Of a DNA stretch of 64,000 nt, positions 22,408 through 32,828 are shown in pieces. The translations under genes were made by a program, and so were the position numbers. The notes under the pieces were generated by a model. That model ran no database searches and was not told the DNA's origin. It worked only from the letters and a program-made list of their open reading frames with translations. Numbering within the stretch: position 1 is the first letter of the stretch; each line of letters opens with the position of its first letter. The DNA is taken from positions 239,816 through 303,815 of the forward strand of contig CAVYRJ010000008.1 of the NCBI GenBank assembly GCA_963770935.1, read 5' to 3'. This stretch comes from Candidatus Bathyarchaeota archaeon. GTDB taxonomy: Archaea > Thermoproteota > Bathyarchaeia > Bathyarchaeales > Bathycorpusculaceae.

Positions 22408-23373
22408 TTAGAGTTCGTTAACGGTTCCTGGTACACGGGGGAATGGTTGGGTTTCAGCGATGTGTTTTACGCCTGCAATCCAACCGACTAAACGTTCCAT
22501 TCCTATACCTCCGCCAGCAGTTGGTTTAAGTCTGCCTTCTTTTGCCATTTTCAAGACTAAAGCATAGTTTTCTTTCTTAACTTGGTCGCGCTCAATCTTC
22601 TTGGAAATCTTGGAGTATTCCCATTCGCGTTTAGCGCCTGAGAGAACCTCGCCGAACTGCGGCATGAACAGGTCATAGTTGTCCCATTTGCCTGTCTTGA
22701 AGTCTTCAAAGTCATAAAATTCCCGAGGAATGTTTGTGACCCAAACAGGCTCGGTTATTTCTTGGGATAAACCTGCTTCCCAGTCACCACCGTATTTAGC
22801 TTCAAGGTCTACGCGGTCGTAGATTTTAAAGGGCGTCTTGGGCGCTTTTAGGGTGTCACAGCGACAAAGAGTTGTTAATTCGCTCTTCATTTCACGTTTT
22901 AAATCTTTAACTAAAGTGCTTATAGCTTCTTCAACCAATGCGAAAACGTCTTTTGAGGTAGCATCGCGGGCTTCAAAGTCCAGTTGTGTGAACTCGTAGA
23001 TGTGTTTGCCTGTTTTAGCGCGTTCAGCTTTTTCGATGCGTATGTTGGGTGAGAGTATGAATAGTTTGGGGTAGGCGGTTGAAGCTGCGACGAGTTTATG
23101 GATAATCATGCTGGCGGTGGTACGGACTGGTTTTCCGTATATGTCTACTTCGATTCTTTTCTCAATGGATGCACCTGGGTCTGGCCAGAGAGGGTCAGTG
23201 CTTTGGCTTAGCGCCACGGGCAGAAGCCATTGGAAGCCTTTGTTAACAAAAGTTGTTGAGAGGCTTCTTAGGGTATAAGTCATGATTTTGCCTATGCAGG
23301 CTTTTCTTTCCATTTCCGTTACTGTCAGTTGGTCTAACGGTTTTGGCATTTCGATTAATTCTTGTTTTGGCAA
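22408..23373 (-). CDS. asnA: Archaeal asparagine synthetase A (AsnRS/AspRS catalytic-core paralog)
   Basis: TDPLWPD, SMIIHK, SPNIRIE, EFTQLDFE, GEVLSG, GGGIGMERL; no anticodon-binding domain. Confidence 0.88.
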   Translation of the reverse strand: MPKQELIEMPKPLDQLTVTEMERKACIGKIMTYTLRSLSTTFVNKGFQWLLPVALSQSTDPLWPDPGASIEKRIEVDIYGKPVRTTASMIIHKLVAASTAYPKLFILSPNIRIEKAERAKTGKHIYEFTQLDFEARDATSKDVFALVEEAISTLVKDLKREMKSELTTLCRCDTLKAPKTPFKIYDRVDLEAKYGGDWEAGLSQEITEPVWVTNIPREFYDFEDFKTGKWDNYDLFMPQFGEVLSGAKREWEYSKISKKIERDQVKKENYALVLKMAKEGRLKPTAGGGIGMERLVGWIAGVKHIAETQPFPRVPGTVNEL

Positions 23374-23499
23374 TTTAGGTCACTGTAAATCTGGTTTTGT
23401 GTACTCTGTGCAGGGTAGGTAATAAATTTTTTATAATAAAAACATAGATAATTTACAATTAATGCAAGTTTTTATACTTGAAACCTGTAATAATTACAT

Positions 23500-24009
23500 A
23501 TGAGCATAAAATTAGACGAAAAAGACCTTGCGATTCTAACACTCATCCAAGAAAACAGCAAACTTACCGCCAACCAAATAGCCAAAAAAATCAGCACCCC
23601 TATCACCACAGTCTTCGCCAAAACCAAACGCATGGAAGAAATGGGAATAATAAAACAGTACCGAGCAATCCTCTCCGCAGAAAAACTCAACCTCGGAACA
23701 GCAGCATTCATCTTAGCCGCGGTTTCTTACAGAGCAAAAAACGAAGACGAAACACCAATTTCTCAAAGACAGGTAGCAGAAGAAATCGCTCGATTCCAAG
23801 AAGTACAAGAAGTCCACATAATCACTGGCGATTGGGATTTACTCGTAAAGTTGCGTGCCGAAAACGTGGAAGCAGTCGGCAAGTTTGTGGTCGACAAGTT
23901 GCGGTTGATTAAGGGATTAGATAAAACGTTGACATGCATGGTTTTCGAGACCGTAAAAGAGTCCACGAGCCTTCCTCAAACATTCAGGAAAAACCAGCCA
24001 AAACCTTAG
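23500..24009 (+). CDS. Lrp/AsnC transcriptional regulator
   Basis: LDEKDLAIL N-terminus with HTH; EVHIITGDWDLLVK; divergent from asnA. Confidence 0.92.
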   Translation: MSIKLDEKDLAILTLIQENSKLTANQIAKKISTPITTVFAKTKRMEEMGIIKQYRAILSAEKLNLGTAAFILAAVSYRAKNEDETPISQRQVAEEIARFQEVQEVHIITGDWDLLVKLRAENVEAVGKFVVDKLRLIKGLDKTLTCMVFETVKESTSLPQTFRKNQPKP

Positions 24010-24434
24010 GCTGAACTGGAATAGTAAAGCAAAGGCAAAGCCAGAAGCACCGTGTTTTTTCCCTTAGCAGTTAGAGCGTACTCCACCCGCAGGGGCGGTC
24101 CAGCTGTGATGTTTCTTGTTATGTAACCGTGGGTTTGCAGCATTTTGAGTTTGTCTGAGAGCGTTCTTGAGTTGACGGTCAGAGTTTTTTTTATTTCGCC
24201 AAAGCCGATTGCATCTTTGAGCATTAGTGTGTAGAGGATTTCGAGACTCCATTTTTGGAACAGGAAGTTAAAGCTTTCTTGGAGACTTTCTAGTTCGTCT
24301 TTGAGTTCGGTTGGGGTGATTTTTTGTTTTTCTATTATTTGGTTGAAGGTTTCTTCCACGCCTTTTAGAACTTGGTTCATACGGGCTTCGACGAGTTTAC
24401 GGAATTCTGCACTTAAAGTTAAAGGAGCACTCAT
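24006..24434 (-). CDS. HxlR-family winged-helix regulator
   Basis: KWSLEIL, RTLSDKLK, PLRVEYALTAKG. Confidence 0.88.
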   Translation of the reverse strand: MSAPLTLSAEFRKLVEARMNQVLKGVEETFNQIIEKQKITPTELKDELESLQESFNFLFQKWSLEILYTLMLKDAIGFGEIKKTLTVNSRTLSDKLKMLQTHGYITRNITAGPPLRVEYALTAKGKNTVLLALPLLYYSSSA

Positions 24435-24535
24435 GTACTTTACACTCGGTGTGGTTTTGCTTACTTCATTATTTATTAAGCTTTACATATACAACAAGGT
24501 ATACAAAGTAAAGTTAATAGTGGAGGATCAATCAC

Positions 24536-25897
24536 TTGGAAAAATATGACGTCATAGTCGTTGGCGCAGGAACAGCAGGCTGCCTTGCAGCAAAAACCAT
24601 CGCTGAAAAAGGCTTAAAAGTATGCTTAATTGAAAAGAAAAAACGCGAAGAAATCGGAGAAAAAGTCTGCGGCGATGCCCTAGGCGAGCACCACCTAAAA
24701 TTCCTGGGACTTGAGAAACCCACGGGCGGCGAGTTAGAAGCAAAAATCGACGGCATAAAAATTTACTCTCCCGACGAAAACACTGTTTTCACCATTGCCG
24801 ACAAAGACTTCATCGGCTACCTACTCAACAGACGTCTATTCGGGCAATGGCTCTTAAACAAAGCCACTGAAAAAGGCGCAATCCTCCAAGACAACATGAA
24901 CTTCCGCGCACCCATCATTGAGAAGGCTGCAGTAGCAGGAATCACTGCAAAAAACATGAAAACAGGCAAGGTTTCTGAACTTCGAAGCAAAGTTGTGGTT
25001 GACGCCAGCGGCTACTTCGGCATGGTACGCAAACAATTACCAGCGGAAATGGGCATAGACCGCGACATAGCAAACCAAGACGTCGAAGCATGCTACCGAG
25101 AAATCCGTCAACTAAAACAGGAAACCGAAAACACCCGTTTCTGCGAAATTTACCTTAACCAAAAAGCTTCACCAGGCGGTTACATATGGATTTTCCCCAA
25201 AGGCGGAGCACGAGTAAACGTCGGCTTAGGCATCTGCATGCGCAACAACTACCCTAATCCCAAACAGCAACTCTACGAGACTGCTTTCAAGAAACCGATC
25301 TTTGATGGCTCCTTGGTTTTAACTGCGGGCTCATGGTTTGATCCAGTCCGCAGACCTTTAGACAACATGGTTTCAAACGGTGTCATGTTAGTTGGCGATG
25401 CTGCTTCGTTAGTTAACCCGATTCATGGCGGCGGCATAGGACCTTCAATGCTAAGCGGTTACTTTGCAGGACAACAAATCGTTGAAGCACTAAACAAAGG
25501 CGAACCCACTAAAGAAGCACTCTGGGGCTACAACAAGAAATATATCGATACCTACGGCAAAAAACAAGGCACCCTTGACATTTTCAAAATGTTCCTCTTA
25601 TCTTGCAGCGACGCAGATCTAAACTACGGCATGAACGAGAAGCTCATGACAGAAGACGATGTGCTCAAAGCAGGTATGGGCGATGACTTCCACCTTAACA
25701 TTACAGAAACCGCCAAACGAGTCTTCAGGGGCTTACGCCGCGTCGGATTCCTCAACAGGTTACGCTTGACCGTTATGATGATGAAGGGTTTACGCGCACA
25801 CTACAACACATACCCAGATACACCAGCGAACTTTGAGCCATGGCGCCTACAAACAACAAAACTTATCGAAGACGCCAGAGCAAAACTCGTAGATTAG
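24536..25897 (+). CDS. Digeranylgeranylglycerophospholipid reductase (GGR family)
   Basis: VGAGTAG FAD motif, CGDA, PGGYIWIFPKG, GDAA..PIHGGGI. Confidence 0.88.
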   Translation: MEKYDVIVVGAGTAGCLAAKTIAEKGLKVCLIEKKKREEIGEKVCGDALGEHHLKFLGLEKPTGGELEAKIDGIKIYSPDENTVFTIADKDFIGYLLNRRLFGQWLLNKATEKGAILQDNMNFRAPIIEKAAVAGITAKNMKTGKVSELRSKVVVDASGYFGMVRKQLPAEMGIDRDIANQDVEACYREIRQLKQETENTRFCEIYLNQKASPGGYIWIFPKGGARVNVGLGICMRNNYPNPKQQLYETAFKKPIFDGSLVLTAGSWFDPVRRPLDNMVSNGVMLVGDAASLVNPIHGGGIGPSMLSGYFAGQQIVEALNKGEPTKEALWGYNKKYIDTYGKKQGTLDIFKMFLLSCSDADLNYGMNEKLMTEDDVLKAGMGDDFHLNITETAKRVFRGLRRVGFLNRLRLTVMMMKGLRAHYNTYPDTPANFEPWRLQTTKLIEDARAKLVD

Positions 25898-25992
25898 GCA
25901 AAAAAGACAAATCTTCCCTTCTTCATTTTTATTTTCCTGTTTCTGAAATGCTTAAATTCACAGCCTACATGCATACTAATTGGTGAAAAAAG

Positions 25993-26346
25993 ATGGTTTA
26001 CTGCTCTAACTGCGGAACAAAATTAGATGATGACGCATATTTCTGTTATAAATGTGGAACAAAGACTCAAGCAGGCAAAAACGCCAAAGCTATGTATCCC
26101 TCTGACGAGTTGCGGGATGCTTTCTACCAAGTGGGGCTTGAACTTGAAAAGGCATTCACTTTAGCTGCAAAAGAGACGCAGGCAGCGTTTAAGAAAGTCA
26201 GCGAGAACGCGCAGCAAAAAACCGCTTCTAGCCCCCAAGGAAATGTTGTCTGCTCAAGTTGTGGATCCAAAAACATTTCGGGCGCTGTTTTCTGTCAAAG
26301 CTGCGGCGCCAAGGCAGCGTCTGAAGAACCTAAAGGAAGCAAATAG
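25993..26346 (+). CDS. Double zinc-ribbon protein
   Basis: CSNCG..CYKCG and CSSCG..CQSCG. Confidence 0.8.
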   Translation: MVYCSNCGTKLDDDAYFCYKCGTKTQAGKNAKAMYPSDELRDAFYQVGLELEKAFTLAAKETQAAFKKVSENAQQKTASSPQGNVVCSSCGSKNISGAVFCQSCGAKAASEEPKGSK

Positions 26347-26350
26347 AGAA

Positions 26351-26825
26351 ATGAGCGCAAACAAAACCCTCATCGCCTACCAAACTAAAAGCGGCGCCAC
26401 AGAAGAAGTACGCTAGAAAAATCGCAGATGTGCTTCGCTCAAAGTTTCAGTTGGAAGTGGACTTAGTCGACTTGGAAAAACAGAAAATGATAAATTGCTC
26501 TCTGTACCAAAACTTTGTTATCGGCGGCGGTGTGAGAGCTGGCAAAGTCTACGATAAAGCCTTAAAATGCCTTGAAAACAAATTTGAAGGTAAAAGAGTG
26601 GCGTTTTTTGTTTCAGCTGGCGAAGCAGGCGACCCTAAAACTTACGAAAGTGCAAAAGCAAAGTTTGCCGAAAACACCTTAACACGTTACCCAAACATTA
26701 ACCCCGTAGGCTTGAACGCTTTTGGTGGACGCATGAAAATCCTTGGCAAATCCATCTTCAACAACATCGATTTATCCAAGGCAGAAGCTTGGGCAGAAGA
26801 GCTTGGAAAAAAATTCACCCAATAA
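26351..26825 (+). CDS. Flavodoxin-like protein (indel near 26410)
   Basis: LIAYQTKSGATEE..ARKIA N-terminus joins the 26430 ORF; FGGR and W-containing C-terminus. Confidence 0.75.
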
Positions 26826-26835
26826 GTCAAATATT

Positions 26836-27042
26836 ATGAAGGCAAACGCGCTTCTTTGCCCAACCTGTTGCGTTGAATACGTTGAGGTAGAATTTGATTT
26901 CGAAGTTGACGGTGTTATACTACATAACGTGAAAGCGTTAAGATGCCCAGAATGCGAAGAAGAAGCATTTACGCCCCAACAGATTGAAGCGATAATGAAA
27001 AAACCCACCTCTATTTCCCTCAATTTTTGGCCATTAAGTTGA
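26836..27042 (+). CDS. YgiT/MqsA-type zinc-finger protein
   Basis: CPTC..NVKALRCPECEE..FTP. Confidence 0.7.
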   Translation: MKANALLCPTCCVEYVEVEFDFEVDGVILHNVKALRCPECEEEAFTPQQIEAIMKKPTSISLNFWPLS

Positions 27043-27298
27043 AGCCGTTTCTTTACTCTAACAGTGAAGGGCGAGCAACATTTGAGTCTGCCCCATGGAT
27101 AGAGGGGAATAGGTCTTTTAGAGTAAGGTCTTCAAAGTTGTGCTTTTCCGCTTTTCTATACGGGAACAATAGTTTTTTCCTGAGCCCATTGTAATGGCAC
27201 TTTAGTTTTTTGTGTAAGCTTGTTTTTGTTGGTCAAAAGCTTTTTATGTTTGGCTATTGTGTCTATGGTTTGCAACAAACGGGATTTGACATAAAAGT

Positions 27299-27607
27299 AT
27301 GGTCAGAAAAGCAAGAATACGCCTCACAAGCACAGATTACAGTAAATTAGAAGAGGTATGTGGAGAACTAAAAAGCATCGCCTCAAAAACAGGCGTAAAA
27401 ATGAACGGCCCAGTACCGCTACCAACCAAACGCTTGCGAGTTCCAGTCCTTAAAGGTCCATCAGGCGAAGGCACAGCCACGTGGGACCGATGGGAAATGC
27501 GCATACACAAACGCTTAATCGACATCGACTCCGAAGAACGCGTAATGCGCCGAATCATGCGTATCCGTGTTCCAGAAGAAGTCCACGTCACAATCGAACT
27601 TATCTAA
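27299..27607 (+). CDS. rpsJ: 30S ribosomal protein S10 (uS10)
   Basis: [36 protein letters not shown]. Confidence 0.97.
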   Translation: MVRKARIRLTSTDYSKLEEVCGELKSIASKTGVKMNGPVPLPTKRLRVPVLKGPSGEGTATWDRWEMRIHKRLIDIDSEERVMRRIMRIRVPEEVHVTIELI

Positions 27608-27715
27608 ACGCTGTTTAGATTTTTAGCATTTTATTTTGGGTTTTCGTTTTCTAGCCTTTTTAGCAACCTCTTAAAATTCCCAATGAACGCCTCAAGTGCT
27701 CAAGAGGTTAAAACA

Positions 27716-27882
27716 ATGATACAATGGCGAGGCATTAAAGTTGAACACCAAGATTTTGTGAGTCAAGCAATTGAAGAATTGGAAGATCAAGATTAGCGAC
27801 TTCACATTTATTCAACAGCGGGAATGGGTGGAACATACAATTACACTGTAAACATTACTTGCTCTTCGAAAGAAGACAATAA
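27716..27882 (+). pseudogene. Small DUF4177-like ORF with internal TAG and an indel
   Basis: GAGGT RBS; MIQWRGIKVE..ELEDQD*RLHIYSTAGMGG..(N)HYLLFERRQ. Confidence 0.45.
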
Positions 27883-27921
27883 ATTTGGGTTGACCTCAGG
27901 ACTGCGTTTTCGTTTTCGCAA

Positions 27922-28752
27922 CTAGTAACCGAAAGTTTGCAGGTAAGTAAGGATGGTTAAAGCGGCACTTGCAGTAAAGGCTAAAGCCCAAATCTTCTTA
28001 TTAAAACTGAAGATTTTGTAGCCATCTAAAATCCCAAATGGGATCAGATTGAAAACCGCCATAAAAGCGTTGATGTAAGCAGCCAAAAACAACATAATGG
28101 CAAATGTACTAGGCATTAAAGTGAACGCTAACCCCAAAAGAGCACTTGAAAAAATGATGTTGGTTATTGGTCCAGCAAGCGAAATCTTCAGGATGTCTTC
28201 GCCACTGGGTATTGAGCCGCCAATCATCATTGCACCTGGAGCAATCATCCTGAAAGGCAAAAATATGGAGGCAAAAGTTAAAATCGCGCCCCATGTGGTT
28301 AAGCGAAATTCAGCCCATAGACCTTTCTTTTGAGCTATAACTTTGTGGGCTATTTCATGAACCAGAAAAGAAGAAGTCATAACAACGGCAAAAACAGCCA
28401 TGACATCCCATGTCCAAGCAGGAAAGAAGCCTCCAAAAAGATTCCCATACAGTCCGATGGAAAAGCCAATACCGATTACGAGCAACGCTGCAATTGTTAT
28501 GTGTTTGACTTCTTTTTGGCTAAAGATTATATGGTGTTTGCGTTTGTATGCATCTTGTCCAAAAACGTAACTGTAATTGTAAGAGTTGTAGGATTGTGGC
28601 GTTAGTACTTGCCCTTGCCTTTGGGCGCGCGCAACGTCGATTTTTGGGCATGCATGGTTCTCTGGCAAACGGTGTAAACTGCAGAATTGACCACCGCAAT
28701 GTTGACAAAGAAATGGAAGGAGAGTTTCCTGCATACATGCTTGACATTTCAT
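27922..28752 (-). CDS. AN1-type zinc finger fused to M50 (site-2) membrane peptidase
   Basis: CQAC..LPFLCQHCGGQFCSLHRLPENHAC; HEIAH; LAGP; NLIPFGILDG. Confidence 0.85.
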   Translation of the reverse strand: MKCQACMQETLLPFLCQHCGGQFCSLHRLPENHACPKIDVARAQRQGQVLTPQSYNSYNYSYVFGQDAYKRKHHIIFSQKEVKHITIAALLVIGIGFSIGLYGNLFGGFFPAWTWDVMAVFAVVMTSSFLVHEIAHKVIAQKKGLWAEFRLTTWGAILTFASIFLPFRMIAPGAMMIGGSIPSGEDILKISLAGPITNIIFSSALLGLAFTLMPSTFAIMLFLAAYINAFMAVFNLIPFGILDGYKIFSFNKKIWALAFTASAALTILTYLQTFGY

Positions 28753-28907
28753 GTTAGTCTGGCGCCTTGCACACTAAACTGTACATGGTGGTTTATATTT
28801 TTCCCCTCAAAAAGCAAAAAACCAGCTTAAACTCAAACATACATAAACTCTTTAAAACAAGCAAACCAACTATCAGAGCACAGGGGAAACTTAGGAGCCT
28901 CGCCAGT

Positions 28908-30110
28908 TTGAAGCCGTTTAGCTTTGTTCACGCTGCAGACTTGCACTTGGGATATTCGCAGTATGGTTTAGAAGCAAGAAGGCAAGACTTTGACAATGCA
29001 TTCAAAGAAGTCGTGGATAGGACAATTGAGTTGAAACCCGATTTCATGATTATCGCAGGCGACCTTTTCCATCAGGCAAGACCATCCAACCATACCTTGG
29101 AGAACACAATTCGAAGTTTCAAGCGTCTAAAAGACGCAGGCATTCCCGTTTTAACGGTTGATGGCTCTCACGATTCCGCCCCAAACACCATAACCAGCAC
29201 CATCCTCTATCCTCTTGACAGCGCAGGATTAATCATTCATTTGCCAAGGCACCAGGGAGCATGCTGGAGCAAACCCGATTGCTGCTACGTTTACGGTATC
29301 CCAACCTACCATAACAGGCATAAAACCCAGGAGGCGCTTCCCAAATTTATAGCGGACAATCCTCCAACTCCAAAAACTGAATTAGCCAACATTTTTGTTT
29401 TCCATGGTGCACTGGATTTGCCAAGCGTGAAGGGACCTTTTGAAGCCGAAATATTGCCTGACGAGGTGCCTAATGGCTTTTGTTATTATGCGGCAGGACA
29501 CGTGCATGAACGGTATCTTGGCAAGTTCAAAGATGGCGTTTTAGTTTACAGTGGCTGTACGGAAACTGTTAGTTACAGTGAAGCCAAGTATCTAAAAGGT
29601 TTCTACCACGTTATGGTTAACGGGAAAGGTCAGGTTGAACCAGAATTAATCAAATTAGCTTCGCCCCGCAGATTTGTCGTCGTGGAGCAAGATTTCTCTG
29701 GCAAGCAATCCGCCAAAATCACCGAGCTAGCTACACAGATGGTTAAGGATGCTGACGAGGAAGGTGCAGTGGTGATTCCTGTCCTAAAGGGAACAATGCC
29801 GATGGAAGCAAGCCGCACCGAAATCGACATAGCAAAAATCCGAGCAGCAGGCGAAAGAGCACTACTAGTTCACCCAATCGTGCTGCTTAAGGAAACCGCC
29901 GTTTCAGACGAGATTGTGCGTTCCATTTTTGAGAGCGGATTTAAGGACCTTAAAACTAAAGCCTTCGAGTACTTCCTCCAGATTTTTGCAGAACGGTACG
30001 GAAAAGAGGAAGCTGAAAGAATCGCAAAAAGCGCCCTTAGCTTAATCGAACCCTTAACACGAAAACAAGACGAAAAAGTAAAGCAAACCATTGAGGAGCT
30101 CGCGAAATGA
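28908..30110 (+). CDS. mre11: DNA double-strand break repair nuclease Mre11
   Basis: ADLHLG, AGDLF, GSHD, AGHVH, YSG; GGAG then TTG at 28908. Confidence 0.9.
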   Translation: MKPFSFVHAADLHLGYSQYGLEARRQDFDNAFKEVVDRTIELKPDFMIIAGDLFHQARPSNHTLENTIRSFKRLKDAGIPVLTVDGSHDSAPNTITSTILYPLDSAGLIIHLPRHQGACWSKPDCCYVYGIPTYHNRHKTQEALPKFIADNPPTPKTELANIFVFHGALDLPSVKGPFEAEILPDEVPNGFCYYAAGHVHERYLGKFKDGVLVYSGCTETVSYSEAKYLKGFYHVMVNGKGQVEPELIKLASPRRFVVVEQDFSGKQSAKITELATQMVKDADEEGAVVIPVLKGTMPMEASRTEIDIAKIRAAGERALLVHPIVLLKETAVSDEIVRSIFESGFKDLKTKAFEYFLQIFAERYGKEEAERIAKSALSLIEPLTRKQDEKVKQTIEELAK

Positions 30111-32198
30111 AAATCGAAATCGTGCAGCTGGAAAATATCCGAAGCCATGTCAAATCTACTGTACCTTTCACCCATGGATTCAACTGTTTAGTTGGCGGAG
30201 TAGGCTGTGGAAAATCCAGTGTCATGTACGCGGTGGATTTTGTGTTGTTCGGCGACACAATTGGGAGCAGAAGTTTTGAGTATCTGATGCGGGAAGATGC
30301 TGATTGGTGCCGAGTTACTGTGCAGTTTAGCCACAACGGCGCCTGCTACAAGTTAATCCGCGGCTTGAAGCGTAAGGGCAAAAGCATCATTCAAGACTTT
30401 GAGCAACTCAAACTCTACGAGGATGAGCGACTGGTTGCAAGCATGAAAACAGAAGCCATAACTGAACAGTTTAAAGCAATCACTGGCCTTGACAAGGACC
30501 TTTACCGCGAAATTGTTTGGTTTAGGCAAGAACACCTCAAAGACCTTTTGGATGCTAAACCTCGAGATAGGCAAACGCGTTTGGATGAATTGTTCGGCTT
30601 ATCTGACTACGAAGCTGCTTGGAATAATATCGGTCCCTTTAAACGAGACTGCGAGAACGAGTTGTCTTTTTTCCAGAAAGATGCGGATGTTAACGGCTTA
30701 GAAAAACTCAGCAATGAATACAACAGAGCAAGCGAAGAATTCACTCTCTTAGAGTTGGATTTGGAGAATTCGACGCAGAAAATGGCAGATTGCAAAGAGA
30801 GCGCTTGATGAAGCGAACCTGAAACTAAAGCATCTTGAAGATAAAAAAATCGCTGTAGAAGAACTTAAACGCAAAGAAGCAAGACTTAACGCCAACATTC
30901 AAAACATGACGGGCACTTTGGCTTCGCTCAGCCAACGTATAGAAGGAAAAAAAACCATCGTGGATAACCTTCGCCAACGCCAAAACTCGCTTGAATCTCA
31001 GATGAAAATGTGCCAATGCAAACTGGAACAAGCAGGACTACCTGCTAGTCTGCCCATGGAACAGTTGGGTTCTTGTTTGGCTGGGTTTGACGATAAAATC
31101 AGCAGTTTGAAAGCTGAGCAAGAAGCAACCAGTCGAAGTATGCAAACCGATAAGAAAAGAGCTGTGGACCTTGCACAGGAAAGTAAATGTCCTCTTTGTG
31201 TTCAACCCTTATCTGGGGAATACAAGACTGGGTTGATGCAGAGGATTCATCAGGAAAACTTTGAGCGGGAAAAAACGATTAATCAGTTAAGAATCGACGT
31301 TTCGGACATGCAGAAAACCAAGGCAACTGCTTCTGAAGTATACACCGCATTGCAAACCTGCGTTACACGGGAAGGAGATTTGAAGGCTAGAATCAGCGAG
31401 GAGGAAAACAACCTGTCTAACCTTTTGGGCGAGTTTGAAGAGAAACAAAAATTTGAAGCCGATTTGCATTCACAGCTGGAAGTTGTGCTGTTTGAAATCA
31501 GCAAATTCAATCTTCAAGACGTTGAAGCTGCAAGAACGAAGCGGGAACAGGTTTTTAGACAATACTATGTTGTAGAATCGGATTTACGCACCAAAGAGAA
31601 CCGTAAAAAAGATCTCGGCCAACGCTTAGACGATACCAAAGAACGCATCAACCTGGCACAGGAAAAAATGGAGCGCATAGAAAAAATCCGCAGAACCATC
31701 GGAGTACTTGGCGCCATCCGCGACGCATACCGCAGCATCCAACCAAAACTGAGAAGCGAGTTTGTGAAGCTTTTGCGTAACTATGTTCAGCAGGTGCTTG
31801 ACGGCTTGGTCGGCGGAGAAGGACCGATGCTTAACGTAGTTATCGATGAAACTTACACTCCTTACGTGAAGAGCGAATCGGGTGTGGACCGTGAAGTCAG
31901 CAACCTCTCAGGCGGTGAACGCACGCTTTTAGCCTTTGCTTATCGATTGGGATTGGGGCAACTTATTATGCAGTCAAGGACTGGACACGGTTTGGGCATG
32001 TTGATGCTTGATGAACCCACGGAGAACTTGGGAAGCGAAGACGGTAGCATAGAGCGGTTAGCTGAAGCCATCAGCCGTTTTAAAGCCATCGAACAAATCA
32101 TCGCGGTTACACACAGTGAAGCATTTGCAGCGAAAGCTGACCACGTGATTACTCTTGAGAAGGAATCTGGGGTTAGCAAAATCTCAATTGAGCGATGA
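30107..32198 (+). CDS. rad50: Rad50 ATPase (indel near 30790)
   Basis: ENIRSH, GGVGCGKSS, coiled coil with CPLC zinc hook, LSGGE, LDEPT, VTH. Confidence 0.9.
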
Positions 32199-32297
32199 CT
32201 TTAGTTAGTTTATATGTCTTTCTTAAGCTTCTTAGCGCTTACTGGAAAAGCTTATATCTAATTTCATTTAAAGAGAGAGCCAGAAATTGGTGATTCG

Positions 32298-32828
32298 ATG
32301 AATAAAAAGACAATATACATAATCGTTGCGGTTTTAGTCGTCATTATTGTCATTGGAGCCGCTGCATATGTCCTGATGAACAATGGTGGAAACGGTGGAA
32401 CAACTCCCACACCTACGCCTTCACCTACTCAGGCGCCGACCGTAGTTGACGCATCAACATTGCAGTTCAGCGTTACCGAGACTACCAACGGAGTAGCATT
32501 AAACTACAACTTTGCAGCTAAGAACGTCAACACCACTACTGAAGTAATGCGAATGGACATAATAGATGCTGCCGGTAACTACAGCTACGTAATAGACCTA
32601 GGAGCTGCAACATCGTTCCTAAAGATTAATGATGGAGCATGGACTGCAAGCGACTTCAACACCGATGTGTCTTATATCGTAGCGTTTGCTGACTATCAAA
32701 CTGCCCTTGTCAACTGGGATGGTCATGCTGAAACCTATTCGTACACTGCTTCAAGCGGCTCTGCAATAGTTATCTCTGCAATCCACGTGAATCCAACATT
32801 AGCTGATTCGCTTTTCGCAACCAGTTAA
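32298..32828 (+). CDS. Membrane-anchored surface protein with Pro/Thr linker
   Basis: N-terminal KK plus hydrophobic helix, TPTPTPSPT linker, beta-rich domain. Confidence 0.7.
   Translation: MNKKTIYIIVAVLVVIIVIGAAAYVLMNNGGNGGTTPTPTPSPTQAPTVVDASTLQFSVTETTNGVALNYNFAAKNVNTTTEVMRMDIIDAAGNYSYVIDLGAATSFLKINDGAWTASDFNTDVSYIVAFADYQTALVNWDGHAETYSYTASSGSAIVISAIHVNPTLADSLFATS

Noticed and set aside
22408-23373. Truncated asparaginyl-tRNA synthetase pseudogene
   Set aside because: Lack of the anticodon domain is normal for archaeal AsnA; the ORF is intact
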